Positions 36,944 to 46,786 of a stretch of DNA of 64,000 nucleotides are shown here, piece by piece. The DNA is from Spirochaetia bacterium (lineage in GTDB: Bacteria > Spirochaetota > Spirochaetia > DSM-2461). The stretch covers positions 480,001-544,000 of the forward strand of contig CAXXIA010000001.1 of the NCBI GenBank assembly GCA_963666985.2. The letters run 5' to 3'. Numbering within the stretch: position 1 is the stretch's first letter; every line of letters starts with the position of its first letter. Position numbers and translations under genes: made by a program. The notes under the pieces are model-generated. The model made no database searches and was not told the DNA's origin. It saw only the letters and a list, made by a program, of their open reading frames with translations.

Positions 36944-37483
36944 ATGGATGCGCGAATCGCGGACGGAATCGATTTTTTTCTGGTTGGATTGTCCTTTTTC
37001 GGAGATCCTTTCTCCGGAAACGCAGGGTGGACCGAAGAAAATGAGATAGGCCGGCTGTGGTCGCGCTTCATGCGCCATCGGGAAGAATGCGCGGGTGAGT
37101 TTCCGCCTGCCTCCGAAGTTCGTCCGCCGGGATATTCCGGAGAATCGGATTTTTTAATGTTCGAAGCGCATATCATGGATTCCCTAACGGAAAAAACGGG
37201 ACATTATGAAGTCTTTGCCGGATATCCGGCGGATTCCAAGAACCTTGGCGAAATGTCCCCTCTTTTATGCGCGAAGCATTTCTTTTCGTCTAAAACGGCC
37301 TGGTTTACCCTCTCCGGTAATGTCATGGCCGACGAAGATACTTATGCGGCCATGGAAGTCTGGATTGCCGGCCAAGGTTTTGTTCGGGACGGTTCTTGGA
37401 CCTGTAATGTTTATGACGGGAGATTCAAAGGGATCGAACGGCTGGACGAATCGGTCATCGATGTGTGCATCCCGGTACGCTGA
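36944..37483 (+). CDS. GyrI-like effector-binding domain protein
   Basis: GLSFFGDPF..WTEENEIGRLWSRF, YEVFAG and YDGRFKG..SVIDVCIP. Confidence 0.75.
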   Translation: MDARIADGIDFFLVGLSFFGDPFSGNAGWTEENEIGRLWSRFMRHREECAGEFPPASEVRPPGYSGESDFLMFEAHIMDSLTEKTGHYEVFAGYPADSKNLGEMSPLLCAKHFFSSKTAWFTLSGNVMADEDTYAAMEVWIAGQGFVRDGSWTCNVYDGRFKGIERLDESVIDVCIPVR

Positions 37484-38265
37484 TGTCTTCCATGGATGCT
37501 GTGGAACGTGTATTCGCCGCATTGGATTCCGTGGAACACCGGCTGACAGAGCCCATTTGTGTCGGAGATATGGCCGCCGCCGCCGGCTGCTCCCTGTTCC
37601 ATTTTATCCGTCTTTTCAATGCCGTTACTTGGCATTCACCCTACGATTATGCCATGCGGCGGAAAATCGGCGCTTCGGCGGCACGGGTTCTTGGCGGCGC
37701 GGAATCCCTTCTGGAGATAGCCTTGGACCTCGGATTCGAGAGTCCCGAGGGTTTTACCCGAGCATTCTGCCGCGTTTTCGGTATCAATCCTTCCGATGCC
37801 CGAAGAGAGGGTTTTGTTGATCCGCGGAAAATTCTTCATCTTCCGGACAAATTCATGCTGGATGTTCTCTCCCGCTGCAAAATTGCGGGGAAAACCCGAT
37901 TTGAGAGCGAATTCGCTCTCAATATTCGAACCGCAGCGGCCCGAGGCCCCGCCGAAGCTCTGGAATCCGCGGCCGGCGGTTTGGGAAATGGGAATTGGAT
38001 CGGAGTTATTTACGCATCCGAAAACGACGGCGGCATACAGGTCTTTGCCGGTCCCGGCGGTCCGTTCCGACTGAACATTGAGGCCGGTTCGTGGTTCGAG
38101 ATGGTCCATCGGGGGCCGGTTTCGGATCTGAAAATGATTCCCGGCCTTACGGATTTTGTCTTTTGGACCGCTTTGGGACTTTCCGAACCTCCCGATAAAA
38201 TCATCATGCATCGTAATAATGCTTCGGAAACGCAAGTTTTCATCAGAGCCGAAGGAGGTTCATAA
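37483..38265 (+). CDS. AraC-family regulator (N-terminal HTH, Rob/SoxS-like)
   Basis: AGCSLFHFIRLF, IALDLGFESPEGFTRAFCRVFGINP; TGATG coupling at 37483. Confidence 0.88.
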   Translation: MSSMDAVERVFAALDSVEHRLTEPICVGDMAAAAGCSLFHFIRLFNAVTWHSPYDYAMRRKIGASAARVLGGAESLLEIALDLGFESPEGFTRAFCRVFGINPSDARREGFVDPRKILHLPDKFMLDVLSRCKIAGKTRFESEFALNIRTAAARGPAEALESAAGGLGNGNWIGVIYASENDGGIQVFAGPGGPFRLNIEAGSWFEMVHRGPVSDLKMIPGLTDFVFWTALGLSEPPDKIIMHRNNASETQVFIRAEGGS

Positions 38266-38711
38266 TGGCCGTTATCAGAGACGCCGAAATAAGTGATATC
38301 CCCGCCATGGCGGAACTTTTGGAAGAACTCTTCATGAAAGAGGCCGATTTTGTTCCGGACGGACAAAAGCAGGAACACGGATTGGCGTTGCTGCTGGAAT
38401 CCGATGCCGTCGTCCTCTGCGCCGACTCTTGCGGCGAGCTGGTGGGCATGGCGACGATGCAGTTTTCAGTATCCACCGCCGAAGGAGCGGTCGGCGGCCG
38501 GATTGAGGACGTGGTTGTCAAAAGGAATTTTCGCGGCGAGGGGATAGGGAAGCGTTTACTGGAAGAAATGATTTCACGAGCAAAAGCTTCGGGCTGCACT
38601 CGATTGCAGCTTGCGGCCGATGAGGAAAATATCCCGGCCCATGGATTCTATCGTCATTTGGGATGGGAAAGAACGAATCTTCGGCTATGGCATTTTTTTA
38701 CCGAACGATAA
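38265..38711 (+). CDS. GNAT-family N-acetyltransferase
   Basis: IEDVVVKRNFRGEGIGKRLL and NIPAHGFYRHLGW. Confidence 0.9.
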   Translation: MAVIRDAEISDIPAMAELLEELFMKEADFVPDGQKQEHGLALLLESDAVVLCADSCGELVGMATMQFSVSTAEGAVGGRIEDVVVKRNFRGEGIGKRLLEEMISRAKASGCTRLQLAADEENIPAHGFYRHLGWERTNLRLWHFFTER

Positions 38712-39543
38712 ACGTTCTGTTTTCATGGACGAAAATGGATCGATTCAGATAGAGAAACAGAGCGTACACCAGGGTTCGGCGTTCCACGTCCTTGCCCATC
38801 TGAATCAGTTCCCGAATGGACGAGCGGTCGCTGACCGGCAGAACATTCTGCGCGATGATGGGGCCCTGATCCAAATCCTCATTGGCGAAATGAGCGGTGG
38901 CGCCGATAACCTTCACGCCTTTATACCAGGCCTGATGGTAGGGCTTGGCTCCTTTGAACGCAGGCAGAAATCCGTGATGGATGTTGATAACCCGGTTTTC
39001 CCAGGCACGGGTAAACTCAGCGGAGAGAATCTGCATGTATCGGGCCATTACGACAAGATCGATTCGGTATTCGCTCAAGATCTTCTGCATTCGATCTTCG
39101 GCTTTTTCCTTCCCTTCCGAATAATCGATTTGGTAAAAAGGAATGCCGAATTGTCCTGCCACAGGCTCGTTGATAAGGTGGTTCGATATAATCACGGGGA
39201 TTTCGCAGTCCAGCTCTCCGTCCCGATACTTCAGCAGCAGTTCCCACAGGCAGTGATTTGTTTTACTGACCAGAATGGCGACACGTTCTTTTTTATTCGT
39301 GTTGTACAGGCTCCATTCCATATTGAATTTTTCAGCCGTCGGAGCAAATGCGGCTTCGAATCCCTTGCGGTCGAAAGGGGCCGGAGCGTCGAATATGCCT
39401 TTGAGCATGAAAATACCGACATCCGAAGCGGTATGCTGGGTTAAATCCACGACGTTGGCGCCGTTTTCAGCAATGACTTGAGTAACGCAGGCAATGATGC
39501 CTTTCTGATCCGGGCAGGAAATCTTTATAATAAATCGGTCCAT
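38698..39543 (-). CDS. purU: Formyltetrahydrofolate deformylase
   Basis: ACT domain CPDQKGI; ARYMQILS, INIHHGFLPAFKGAKPYHQA, GATAHF and LDQGPII. Confidence 0.96.
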   Translation of the reverse strand: MDRFIIKISCPDQKGIIACVTQVIAENGANVVDLTQHTASDVGIFMLKGIFDAPAPFDRKGFEAAFAPTAEKFNMEWSLYNTNKKERVAILVSKTNHCLWELLLKYRDGELDCEIPVIISNHLINEPVAGQFGIPFYQIDYSEGKEKAEDRMQKILSEYRIDLVVMARYMQILSAEFTRAWENRVINIHHGFLPAFKGAKPYHQAWYKGVKVIGATAHFANEDLDQGPIIAQNVLPVSDRSSIRELIQMGKDVERRTLVYALFLYLNRSIFVHENRTFIVR

Positions 39544-39544
39544 A

Positions 39545-40225
39545 TCAAACCTCCGAATGTTTTTCCCAGTGCTTATCCTTCACTTTCGCGACAAGAAGAC
39601 GCATGTTCAATCCCATCATCATCAGCGAGAGGACAAAGCTTCCGGTTACGACCGTCCAGGGATGTCCGCCCAGTGAAATGTTTTTCCAAATCGGAATGTC
39701 CATGGTTAAGTTCACGGTCAAAGTGAGAAAAGGAACCAGGAGAATGAAGAAAATCGGCGACCATTGCGTCAGCCAAAGGCCTTTATTGCGCATGAACAGA
39801 AGGGCCAGTCCGCCTCCGATGAGAACCGAAAGAAGAATCTCAAGAGGGATGAACCAGAGGGAGACAAAGAGCATTGTGGAAACGCCGCCGCCGCCTTTAA
39901 ATCGGTACCAGATGGGAAATATATGTCCCAGGACGGCGGCGATACCCATGGAGTAAAGAACTCCGTAATCAAAGGCCTGTTGTCCGTCGAAAAGAAATCG
40001 CTGAACGAAAAGGATGGGAATGATCGCTTTGAGTCCGTCGAGAATCATCACGAAAATACCCCAGCCGCGGCCTACGGTGCGCCCCATATTGGATGCTCCG
40101 GGATTTTTATTCCCCATGGTTCGTATGTCTTTTCCCGTAACGAGTTTCGTAAAGATGATGGCGAAATTGATACCGCCGATGAGGTATGCGGCAAGAATTA
40201 CGATCAAGGCTATGAGGATGGTCAT
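39545..40225 (-). CDS. plsY: Acyl-phosphate:glycerol-3-phosphate acyltransferase
   Basis: YLIGGI, DIRTMGNKNPGASN, DGLKA and GHIFPIWYRFKGGGGVST. Confidence 0.9.
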   Translation of the reverse strand: MTILIALIVILAAYLIGGINFAIIFTKLVTGKDIRTMGNKNPGASNMGRTVGRGWGIFVMILDGLKAIIPILFVQRFLFDGQQAFDYGVLYSMGIAAVLGHIFPIWYRFKGGGGVSTMLFVSLWFIPLEILLSVLIGGGLALLFMRNKGLWLTQWSPIFFILLVPFLTLTVNLTMDIPIWKNISLGGHPWTVVTGSFVLSLMMMGLNMRLLVAKVKDKHWEKHSEV

Positions 40226-40302
40226 GTTCTCTCCTTTCCGTGTTGGGAATCCGTCATTAAGAAAGCGGCGTATTATTGTTCGCGCCGGCGGGGTTGCCCG
40301 GA

Positions 40303-41892
40303 TTATTCCAGACTGATGATTAAGGCCGCCTTCGTCTGCCCTCCGAAATGATGCACGATTTCGGCCCCGGGCATGGCTTTACTCAGAACTTGAAGCACGG
40401 CTTCGAGATTTCTCGGATCAAATCCGTCGCCATGGTAAACGGCACAGTCGCTGAACTCATCCGTTTCCAGTTTTTTCAGCGCTTCGGATACGGCGAGGGA
40501 AGGAGATAACCCTTTTCCGAGGATTTCGTCCGAATGAGTGACGAACCAGTCGTTTTCTTCCAAATCCAATTCGCCGAATCGCGTATCCATGCCGCATTTA
40601 TAGACGAACAGTCCAACGGCATCATCAATGAAATCCATCATGGATTCCACGTTTTTTACCGCGGATTCTTCTTTGCTGAATCCGTAAGATGCGGTAATTC
40701 CCTGAATAACGCTTTTTGTCGGAACGATGGAAAGCGATTTGGAGGAATCGTTTTTTGCGGCAAGAACCGACGGGATGATGTTTGAGTTGTTCGGAAGAAC
40801 GATGACATGATCTTCTTCTATGTGTTCAAGAGCTTCAAGGATTTCTTCCGGAGAGGGAAGAACGTCTCCGTAAAGAAAGCAGTCCGTTATTTCCAAATCT
40901 TCAAAGATGCGTCCGAAACCTTCTCCCGGAATAAAAGAGAGTACGGCGCATTCGCCTTCATCACCGCTGCCGGCCGAAACCAAGCGGGTTTGTTCGTCCA
41001 TGTCGTCGACTTTCGTCCGTTCGAGGTATCCTGATGTTTTCAGCCGCTCAAAGACGGCTTCCGGTTCGTTCGTATGGATGTGAACTTTCAGCAAATCCTG
41101 TTCATCCACAAGGGCGATGCTGTCGCCCATGGAACCGAGCCATTCGGAGAGATCGGCATCTTTAGGCCCTTCGCGGCGAACGATCGCTTCGGTGCAGTAG
41201 CGGTAATGCGGGCGTTCTTCGGCACTGTTGGCCGAAGGATCGGGCTGGAAACGATAGTCGGCTTCTTCTTCCTCGACGGGAAGAGATCCGGTAAGTGCGG
41301 CGATCATGCCTCGAATAATAAAGAGAAGTCCGAGCGCGCCCGAGTCGATGACTCCGGCGCGCGCCAAGATGGGCAGTTGTTCCGGCGTTTTGAAAAGGGC
41401 CGCTGTTCCCGATTCTTCGGCGATTCTCAGAGCCTCAACCACATCATCGCCCGCGTAATCGGCAAGGGTTCGGCTTATCGCGGCGAGAATGCTGATCATG
41501 GTTCCTTCGGTCGGCGAGAAAAGGGCGCCGTTGACCGTATAGCTGCCGTTGGCGATGCCGGCCGCAAGATTTCTCGGAGTAAGAAACGCATCCTTCCCAA
41601 CGGCTTCGAAGAAACCGAAAAAGAATCGAGCCAGGATAAAGCCCGAATTCCCGCGGCTGCAGCGGTTGAGTTCGGCGACGAAATCCCGGCTCATTTCCGA
41701 AAGCGTTATTCCCTCGGCTTCTGTGAGATTTTCCACGCCCGCCGCAAGGGAAGATGTCATATTCCCGCCGGTATCTCCGTCGGGAACGGGAAACACATTA
41801 AGTCGGTCGAGCAGCTTGCGGTTCAGTTCCAGGTAGTCCAATCCGCCCCGTATGGCCGAGGCGAGCTGATCCGGCGACAGTTGTTTTACCAT
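40303..41892 (-). CDS. DAK2-domain protein (fatty acid kinase FakA-like)
   Basis: LNVFPVPDGDTGGNM, RGNSG, EGTM, DSGALG, YCTE and KVHIHTNEP. Confidence 0.92.
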   Translation of the reverse strand: MVKQLSPDQLASAIRGGLDYLELNRKLLDRLNVFPVPDGDTGGNMTSSLAAGVENLTEAEGITLSEMSRDFVAELNRCSRGNSGFILARFFFGFFEAVGKDAFLTPRNLAAGIANGSYTVNGALFSPTEGTMISILAAISRTLADYAGDDVVEALRIAEESGTAALFKTPEQLPILARAGVIDSGALGLLFIIRGMIAALTGSLPVEEEEADYRFQPDPSANSAEERPHYRYCTEAIVRREGPKDADLSEWLGSMGDSIALVDEQDLLKVHIHTNEPEAVFERLKTSGYLERTKVDDMDEQTRLVSAGSGDEGECAVLSFIPGEGFGRIFEDLEITDCFLYGDVLPSPEEILEALEHIEEDHVIVLPNNSNIIPSVLAAKNDSSKSLSIVPTKSVIQGITASYGFSKEESAVKNVESMMDFIDDAVGLFVYKCGMDTRFGELDLEENDWFVTHSDEILGKGLSPSLAVSEALKKLETDEFSDCAVYHGDGFDPRNLEAVLQVLSKAMPGAEIVHHFGGQTKAALIISLE

Positions 41893-42755
41893 TATTCATC
41901 CATAAGCATGTAGCCGAGTCCGAGATAGTCCGGGCCCGCATGGGGCAAATTGCTGTGGCTGCATCCGTAGAGAACCACGTCGACATCGCCTTCAAGCTTT
42001 TCAATTTCGAATTTGAGTTCTTGGGCTTCTTCTTGGTGAGGACCGTGAACGCTGATCAGCGCCTTCAAAGGTGCGTTCGGCCATAATTCGCGGTCCTGTT
42101 CGATGAAATCGATGAATCTCTTAACGGCCTGAATCGGTTTTTTTACTTTCCCGGCGGATTTCAAGTTGCCCGGGGGATCGGTGGCGCTCAGAAGGGGAAT
42201 GATTTTCATGGCCGAGCCCATAACCGCCTTGGCGGTTCCGATGCGGCCGGTCCGTTTGAGGTAGAAAAGGTCATAAACAAGACCGTGATGGCGTGTGCGA
42301 AGAGGAGCGGCTTTCAGAAAGGCATCCATTTCCTCTCGGGAGGCACCTGCCTTTATCCGCAGGGCGGCTTCTTTTACGATGATGCTGTAGCCTTCCACCA
42401 GATGACGCGAGTCGTAGTATGTAATGTCCAGTTCCGGATGTTCTTGAATGACTTTTGTTACAACTTGGGCTGTCGCCGATGAGGCCGTGGCGGACATATG
42501 AAGGGTAAGGATGGGTTCGTCGGGATGACGGCGATAGATTTCCAGAAGGTCTTCTTCCCGGAGACCTGACGTGGAAACGTTTCGGTTCTTGTCTTTTAAG
42601 ATCTTTCGGATTTCTTCCTTGGCCTCATCGCTCATGCCGGAATCCACATCAATGGGTTTTCCGTCGACATACATGGGGTAATTGCAGACCTCAACTCCCC
42701 ATTCGGCGAATTCAGCGGCCGGTATTTGTGCTGCCGTATCGGCTACCAATACCAT
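41892..42755 (-). CDS. DegV-family fatty-acid-binding protein (FakB-like)
   Basis: VADTAA, STSG, DSR, LFYLKRTGRIG and HAGP; TAATG overlap with the FakA-like gene. Confidence 0.88.
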   Translation of the reverse strand: MVLVADTAAQIPAAEFAEWGVEVCNYPMYVDGKPIDVDSGMSDEAKEEIRKILKDKNRNVSTSGLREEDLLEIYRRHPDEPILTLHMSATASSATAQVVTKVIQEHPELDITYYDSRHLVEGYSIIVKEAALRIKAGASREEMDAFLKAAPLRTRHHGLVYDLFYLKRTGRIGTAKAVMGSAMKIIPLLSATDPPGNLKSAGKVKKPIQAVKRFIDFIEQDRELWPNAPLKALISVHGPHQEEAQELKFEIEKLEGDVDVVLYGCSHSNLPHAGPDYLGLGYMLMDE

Positions 42756-42766
42756 TGAATACCTCC

Positions 42767-44023
42767 TTATTCTTTGCGGCGTGCCGGTTTCTCCGGCATT
42801 TCAACGATTATATCTGTTCTCGCTTTGGCGATACAGGGGTGAAAATACCCCAATTCCTTATCTCTCCGTCTGACTCCCGCAGGTTCCGAAATATAGTCCA
42901 CATCTCCTTGAACAAGAAGACTCCGGCACCAGCCGCAGGTTCCCGTACGGCAGAAGGAGGGAGGATTCAGACCGGCCCGTTCCATGGCCACAAGAACCGT
43001 TTCGCCCGGATCGGCCGGAATCGTTATCTCCGAACGGCCGGGGATTCGAACGGTGAGTTTTTTCGCGGCTTCTTCCGTTCGTTTCCCCGATTGACCGTAA
43101 TCTTCCCGCCGTATGCGGCGGGGTTTGTTTTTCAGGGATGCAATTTCTTTATTCAGGTGGGTATGCATGGCCTCGGGACCGCAGATAAAAAAAGTCGCTT
43201 CTTTTTCTTCCATGGCATCGGCCAAAATGTCTGCGGTAATAAAGCCCCGGCGGCAGGATTGTTCGGCGTTCGGATTTTCGGATCGGCCGGAATCTTGCGG
43301 AGAGGGGGGAGCGTAACGGTTTTCCGAAAGAACGCAAATCCTTCCGAACCGATCGGAGTGAATTTTTTCCCATTGACGGAAATCTGCATCAAAAAGAAGT
43401 TCTTCCGAGGTTCTGGAACCCTGTATGAGAACGATGTGAACATCACTTTCCGTATCGTCCAGTAAATCGCCGATGATGGAACGAAACGGTGTCACACCGG
43501 ATCCGCCCGCAATACATATAAGAAGTGGAGAGTCCCGAAGCGGCTCGTAAGTGAAAAATCCCTGAGGCGCCGATGTTTTTACGGAAGTACCGACAGTCCA
43601 CTCCCGTCCTATGAGGCCGGCGATGAAAGGGCTTTCGTCCGTTCTTACGGTAATTCGATAAGCGTTTTCTTTTTCCGACTCGTTCGGTGTACCGCTGAGA
43701 GAGTAGGGCCGGCTTATTCCATGTCCGTCGTGTGTGTCCACTTCCACGGAAAGATACTGACCTGCCCGGAACGGCGCCGGTTCCGTGTCGTCGTGCGCCG
43801 GTTTCAGAACATAGGTTCTGGTTGAAGGACTTTCTTTTCGAATCTCCGCGATAACGAGATTTTGCGATAACGGATGGAGTGCCTGAGCCAAAGAATTGAT
43901 GCAGCATTCCGTCGGTTTGGTTTTCGGAGCACGCCGCATCCTTCGACGCCGTTCGGTTATTGGAGCGATGAATCGTAAAAGATCTCTCAGCGGACCGCGT
44001 TTAATAATGATGGAGTTGCTCAT
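42767..44023 (-). CDS. FNR-type FAD/NAD(P)H oxidoreductase with C-terminal [2Fe-2S] domain
   Basis: FRAGQY, RPYSLS, IAGGSGVTPF, FICGP and CRTGTCGWC...HPC. Confidence 0.92.
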   Translation of the reverse strand: MSNSIIIKRGPLRDLLRFIAPITERRRRMRRAPKTKPTECCINSLAQALHPLSQNLVIAEIRKESPSTRTYVLKPAHDDTEPAPFRAGQYLSVEVDTHDGHGISRPYSLSGTPNESEKENAYRITVRTDESPFIAGLIGREWTVGTSVKTSAPQGFFTYEPLRDSPLLICIAGGSGVTPFRSIIGDLLDDTESDVHIVLIQGSRTSEELLFDADFRQWEKIHSDRFGRICVLSENRYAPPSPQDSGRSENPNAEQSCRRGFITADILADAMEEKEATFFICGPEAMHTHLNKEIASLKNKPRRIRREDYGQSGKRTEEAAKKLTVRIPGRSEITIPADPGETVLVAMERAGLNPPSFCRTGTCGWCRSLLVQGDVDYISEPAGVRRRDKELGYFHPCIAKARTDIIVEMPEKPARRKE

Positions 44024-45537
44024 CGGTTCATATCCGCCATCGTTTTTTCCGCCGCATTCCTGCCTGAGTTTAAGGCGCTTCCGTATCCGTGCGCGATGGA
44101 TGCGTTCCCGCCGCAGAAGCGGAGATTTTTATAGAAGCGTTCCCGGTTTCTTGAAAGAACACGAGGGACAATCCCGTCCCACGGCTCGGCCTCATACCCG
44201 TAAACCGTTCCGTCCCATGATCCGACATAGCGGGAAAATGTCGGAGGCGCCGCGGTTTCAATTTCTTCGATTCGCCCTCGAATTTTAACGCCGACGGCCC
44301 GTTCAAATTGATTTATCGCCAGTTCGGCGAAACGCCTTTTTTCTCTGTTGTATGTTTTTGATGTAACATCCGACCATGCTTCGGGCCGCGTTCCAAGGGT
44401 AAGAGACAGAATCGTGGTTCCCGGAGGCGAGGCCTTGGGATCGGCCGCGTTTAAACAAACCGAAGCCTGCAGAGGATTGGGATCGTGCCGGTTTAAAAAC
44501 TTCGCTTCAAGTTCCGGTGTGTTCATATGCGGCGCGATGAAATAGGAATAATCGGTCAGCCCGATTTTTTCTCTATCGGCATCCAGGCCAAGATAGACCA
44601 CGAAGAAGCTCAGTCCGTTGCGCCGTGCGTTCGCGACTTTATAGACCTTTTGCGGAGCATGTTTATTATTATTGAAGTTGGCGAAAATCCGATGAGGAAG
44701 GATGTTCGAAACAACCCGTCCGCAATGAACGGATTCGCCTCCGGCAAGAGTAACCCCCGTGATGTTCCTGCCTGATGTTTCAATGCCCGTAACTTCCGTA
44801 TTAAATCGGATTTCTCCGCCTTCGGCGCGGATGGCGGAAACAAGAGATGCCGCCATTCCATGCGATCTTGAACGGGGAATAACGGCGCCGTAATACAGAT
44901 AGGAATAGACCATGGAGGCCCATAGTGAAAAGGACACTCTGTTTGTAGGCACCCCGAGATAACACCAATACGGGTAAATCAAATCCCTGGCCTCGGGACT
45001 TAAGCCTATCTCGTCCGCGACTTCATCGGTAACGGCTCCGCCCGTACGGAGAAAATTTCCAAAATCGCCGAAAATTTTCTTTACCGACGGACGAGGATTT
45101 TTCCGGAGATATTCGAAGGCCTCAAAGGTTTCGGCGCAGACCGCCATGAAATCGCGGATTTCTTTTTCTCCGTATCCGATGTGCTCCGAAACGGCGTGCG
45201 TGAAAGCCTCAGGACCGAACGGAGCTCTGAAATCTGTTTTCTTGTCCGTCAGAAGAAGACGATAGGCTTCCGGAACCGGCAGGAATTCGAGACTTTTATC
45301 AACCTCTTTAAGAAAATCAACTATGGGGGAATTCGCCATTTCATGAAGAGATGTTTCAAATTCAAAACGGCCCCTGATAAAGGATGTCGCGAAGCCCCCC
45401 GCTAGATTATGACGTTCCAATACAAGAACTTTTATTCCGGCTTTGGCCAAATCGTAAGCGGCCGTAAGTCCGCCGAGTCCGGCGCCGATCACAATCACTT
45501 CCGGTGATACTCTGCTTTTCATCAGCTCTCCGAGCAT
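44020..45537 (-). CDS. Phytoene desaturase (CrtI) / retinol saturase-family flavoprotein
   Basis: VIGAGLGGL, LERHNLAGGFATSFIRGRFEFE, FVVYLG, PPG, TFSRY..GTVYG and GYGSALNSG. The start may be ATG 45522. Confidence 0.88.
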   Translation of the reverse strand: MLGELMKSRVSPEVIVIGAGLGGLTAAYDLAKAGIKVLVLERHNLAGGFATSFIRGRFEFETSLHEMANSPIVDFLKEVDKSLEFLPVPEAYRLLLTDKKTDFRAPFGPEAFTHAVSEHIGYGEKEIRDFMAVCAETFEAFEYLRKNPRPSVKKIFGDFGNFLRTGGAVTDEVADEIGLSPEARDLIYPYWCYLGVPTNRVSFSLWASMVYSYLYYGAVIPRSRSHGMAASLVSAIRAEGGEIRFNTEVTGIETSGRNITGVTLAGGESVHCGRVVSNILPHRIFANFNNNKHAPQKVYKVANARRNGLSFFVVYLGLDADREKIGLTDYSYFIAPHMNTPELEAKFLNRHDPNPLQASVCLNAADPKASPPGTTILSLTLGTRPEAWSDVTSKTYNREKRRFAELAINQFERAVGVKIRGRIEEIETAAPPTFSRYVGSWDGTVYGYEAEPWDGIVPRVLSRNRERFYKNLRFCGGNASIAHGYGSALNSGRNAAEKTMADMNR

Positions 45538-45692
45538 TGAAGTCCGTCTTTTATTCGGGAAACTCCCCTCAAGTGCAACCAGTATAGTCAGTTCCGCCTG
45601 ATTTGTGATACAAATTACTTAAAAATGTCCGGGAAAAAGTATTTTGTAAGTGCTAATCACGGATTACGATAGAAAAAAAACGATTAAGACGA

Positions 45693-46628
45693 TTGCGTTA
45701 TATTGATATAATCGATCCATCGCGGAGCCAACCTGTGTTTTATAGACGAAAGGATGCGAAGCTCATTAAGGGCCAGAGCATGATCAATCGTATGTTTCCT
45801 TACATGATGAGAGATAAAATCGGATCTCAAGTCTATGTCCCTCTGAAACTCAACCTTGATAATGCGGCGGAATACATCCGTGAAAAAGCCGAAAAACATG
45901 GACGGCATGATTTCAGCTATTTCGACATTCTTGTCGCGGCCGTTATGAGAGCCATTGCTGAGAAACCCGAGCTGAACCGATTTATTAAAGGACGCCGGTA
46001 TTATCAGCGGCGCAGCCTCAGCGCGACTTTTATCGTAAAGAAAAACCTCACCGAAGAAGATGAAGAGCGTCAGGCCATCATAACCTTCGATCCGGCCGAT
46101 ACTTTGGATGAATATTCGGAGAAACTTCGCGCGGCAATTGCCGCCATGCGGAGCAAACCCGAGGACGAGGGCGAGAAGATTATGAAAGTTCTTTTCGCTT
46201 TGCCGTCTAAAATAATCGACTTGTTTACTCTGTGGCTGATGAGGCTTGACGACCGCGGAATGATGCCTCGATATCTCGCCGAGTCCGACGGTATGCATAC
46301 CAGCATATACATTGCCAATCTGGGCAGTATCGGTTTTGAAGATGCGCCGTTCCATCATTTGTATGAATGGGGCACGGGCTCCGTTTTTCTTACTTTCGGC
46401 CGACTCCATCGGGAAAGGTCGTTCAGCAAAGACGGGACGGAGAAAGTACACTTGGTTATCAGAGCCGGTGTAACCATTGATGAACGAATCGGCGAGGGGC
46501 TCTATTTTTCAAAAGCCATACGGCTTTTCAAAAAATACGTTGAGAATCCCAGACTCCTTGAAGAGTGGCCCGATCTTCCGGCTCTGTGGGAGAAGATGAA
46601 AGAGCCGGGAAAAACAATTCGCATCTGA
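45693..46628 (+). CDS. Stand-alone 2-oxoacid dehydrogenase E2-like acyltransferase domain protein
   Basis: PELNRFI, IANLGSIG, PFHHLYEWG and TIDERIGEG; no lipoyl domain. Confidence 0.8.
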   Translation: MRYIDIIDPSRSQPVFYRRKDAKLIKGQSMINRMFPYMMRDKIGSQVYVPLKLNLDNAAEYIREKAEKHGRHDFSYFDILVAAVMRAIAEKPELNRFIKGRRYYQRRSLSATFIVKKNLTEEDEERQAIITFDPADTLDEYSEKLRAAIAAMRSKPEDEGEKIMKVLFALPSKIIDLFTLWLMRLDDRGMMPRYLAESDGMHTSIYIANLGSIGFEDAPFHHLYEWGTGSVFLTFGRLHRERSFSKDGTEKVHLVIRAGVTIDERIGEGLYFSKAIRLFKKYVENPRLLEEWPDLPALWEKMKEPGKTIRI

Positions 46629-46786
46629 TACAAAGGAATGCGGGCCGCATCGGAGACTGGCGGAGTTTCGCTCACGGATTACCGGCCGAACGGACGAATC
46701 CGGAGACGGCGCGGCAGCCCCCTTTTCACAGGCTGTTGGAAAAGGATTTTACGGCCTTCTCACAGGTCCGTGCCGTAACGGTTTGC

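Noticed and set aside
44020..45537. Carotenoid biosynthesis cluster
   Set aside because: No phytoene synthase, GGPP synthase or cyclase gene is nearby.
46629..46786. CAGGCTGTTGGAAAAGG and neighbouring sequence considered as IS-end remnants
   Set aside because: The match is too short and has no convincing partner inverted repeat.
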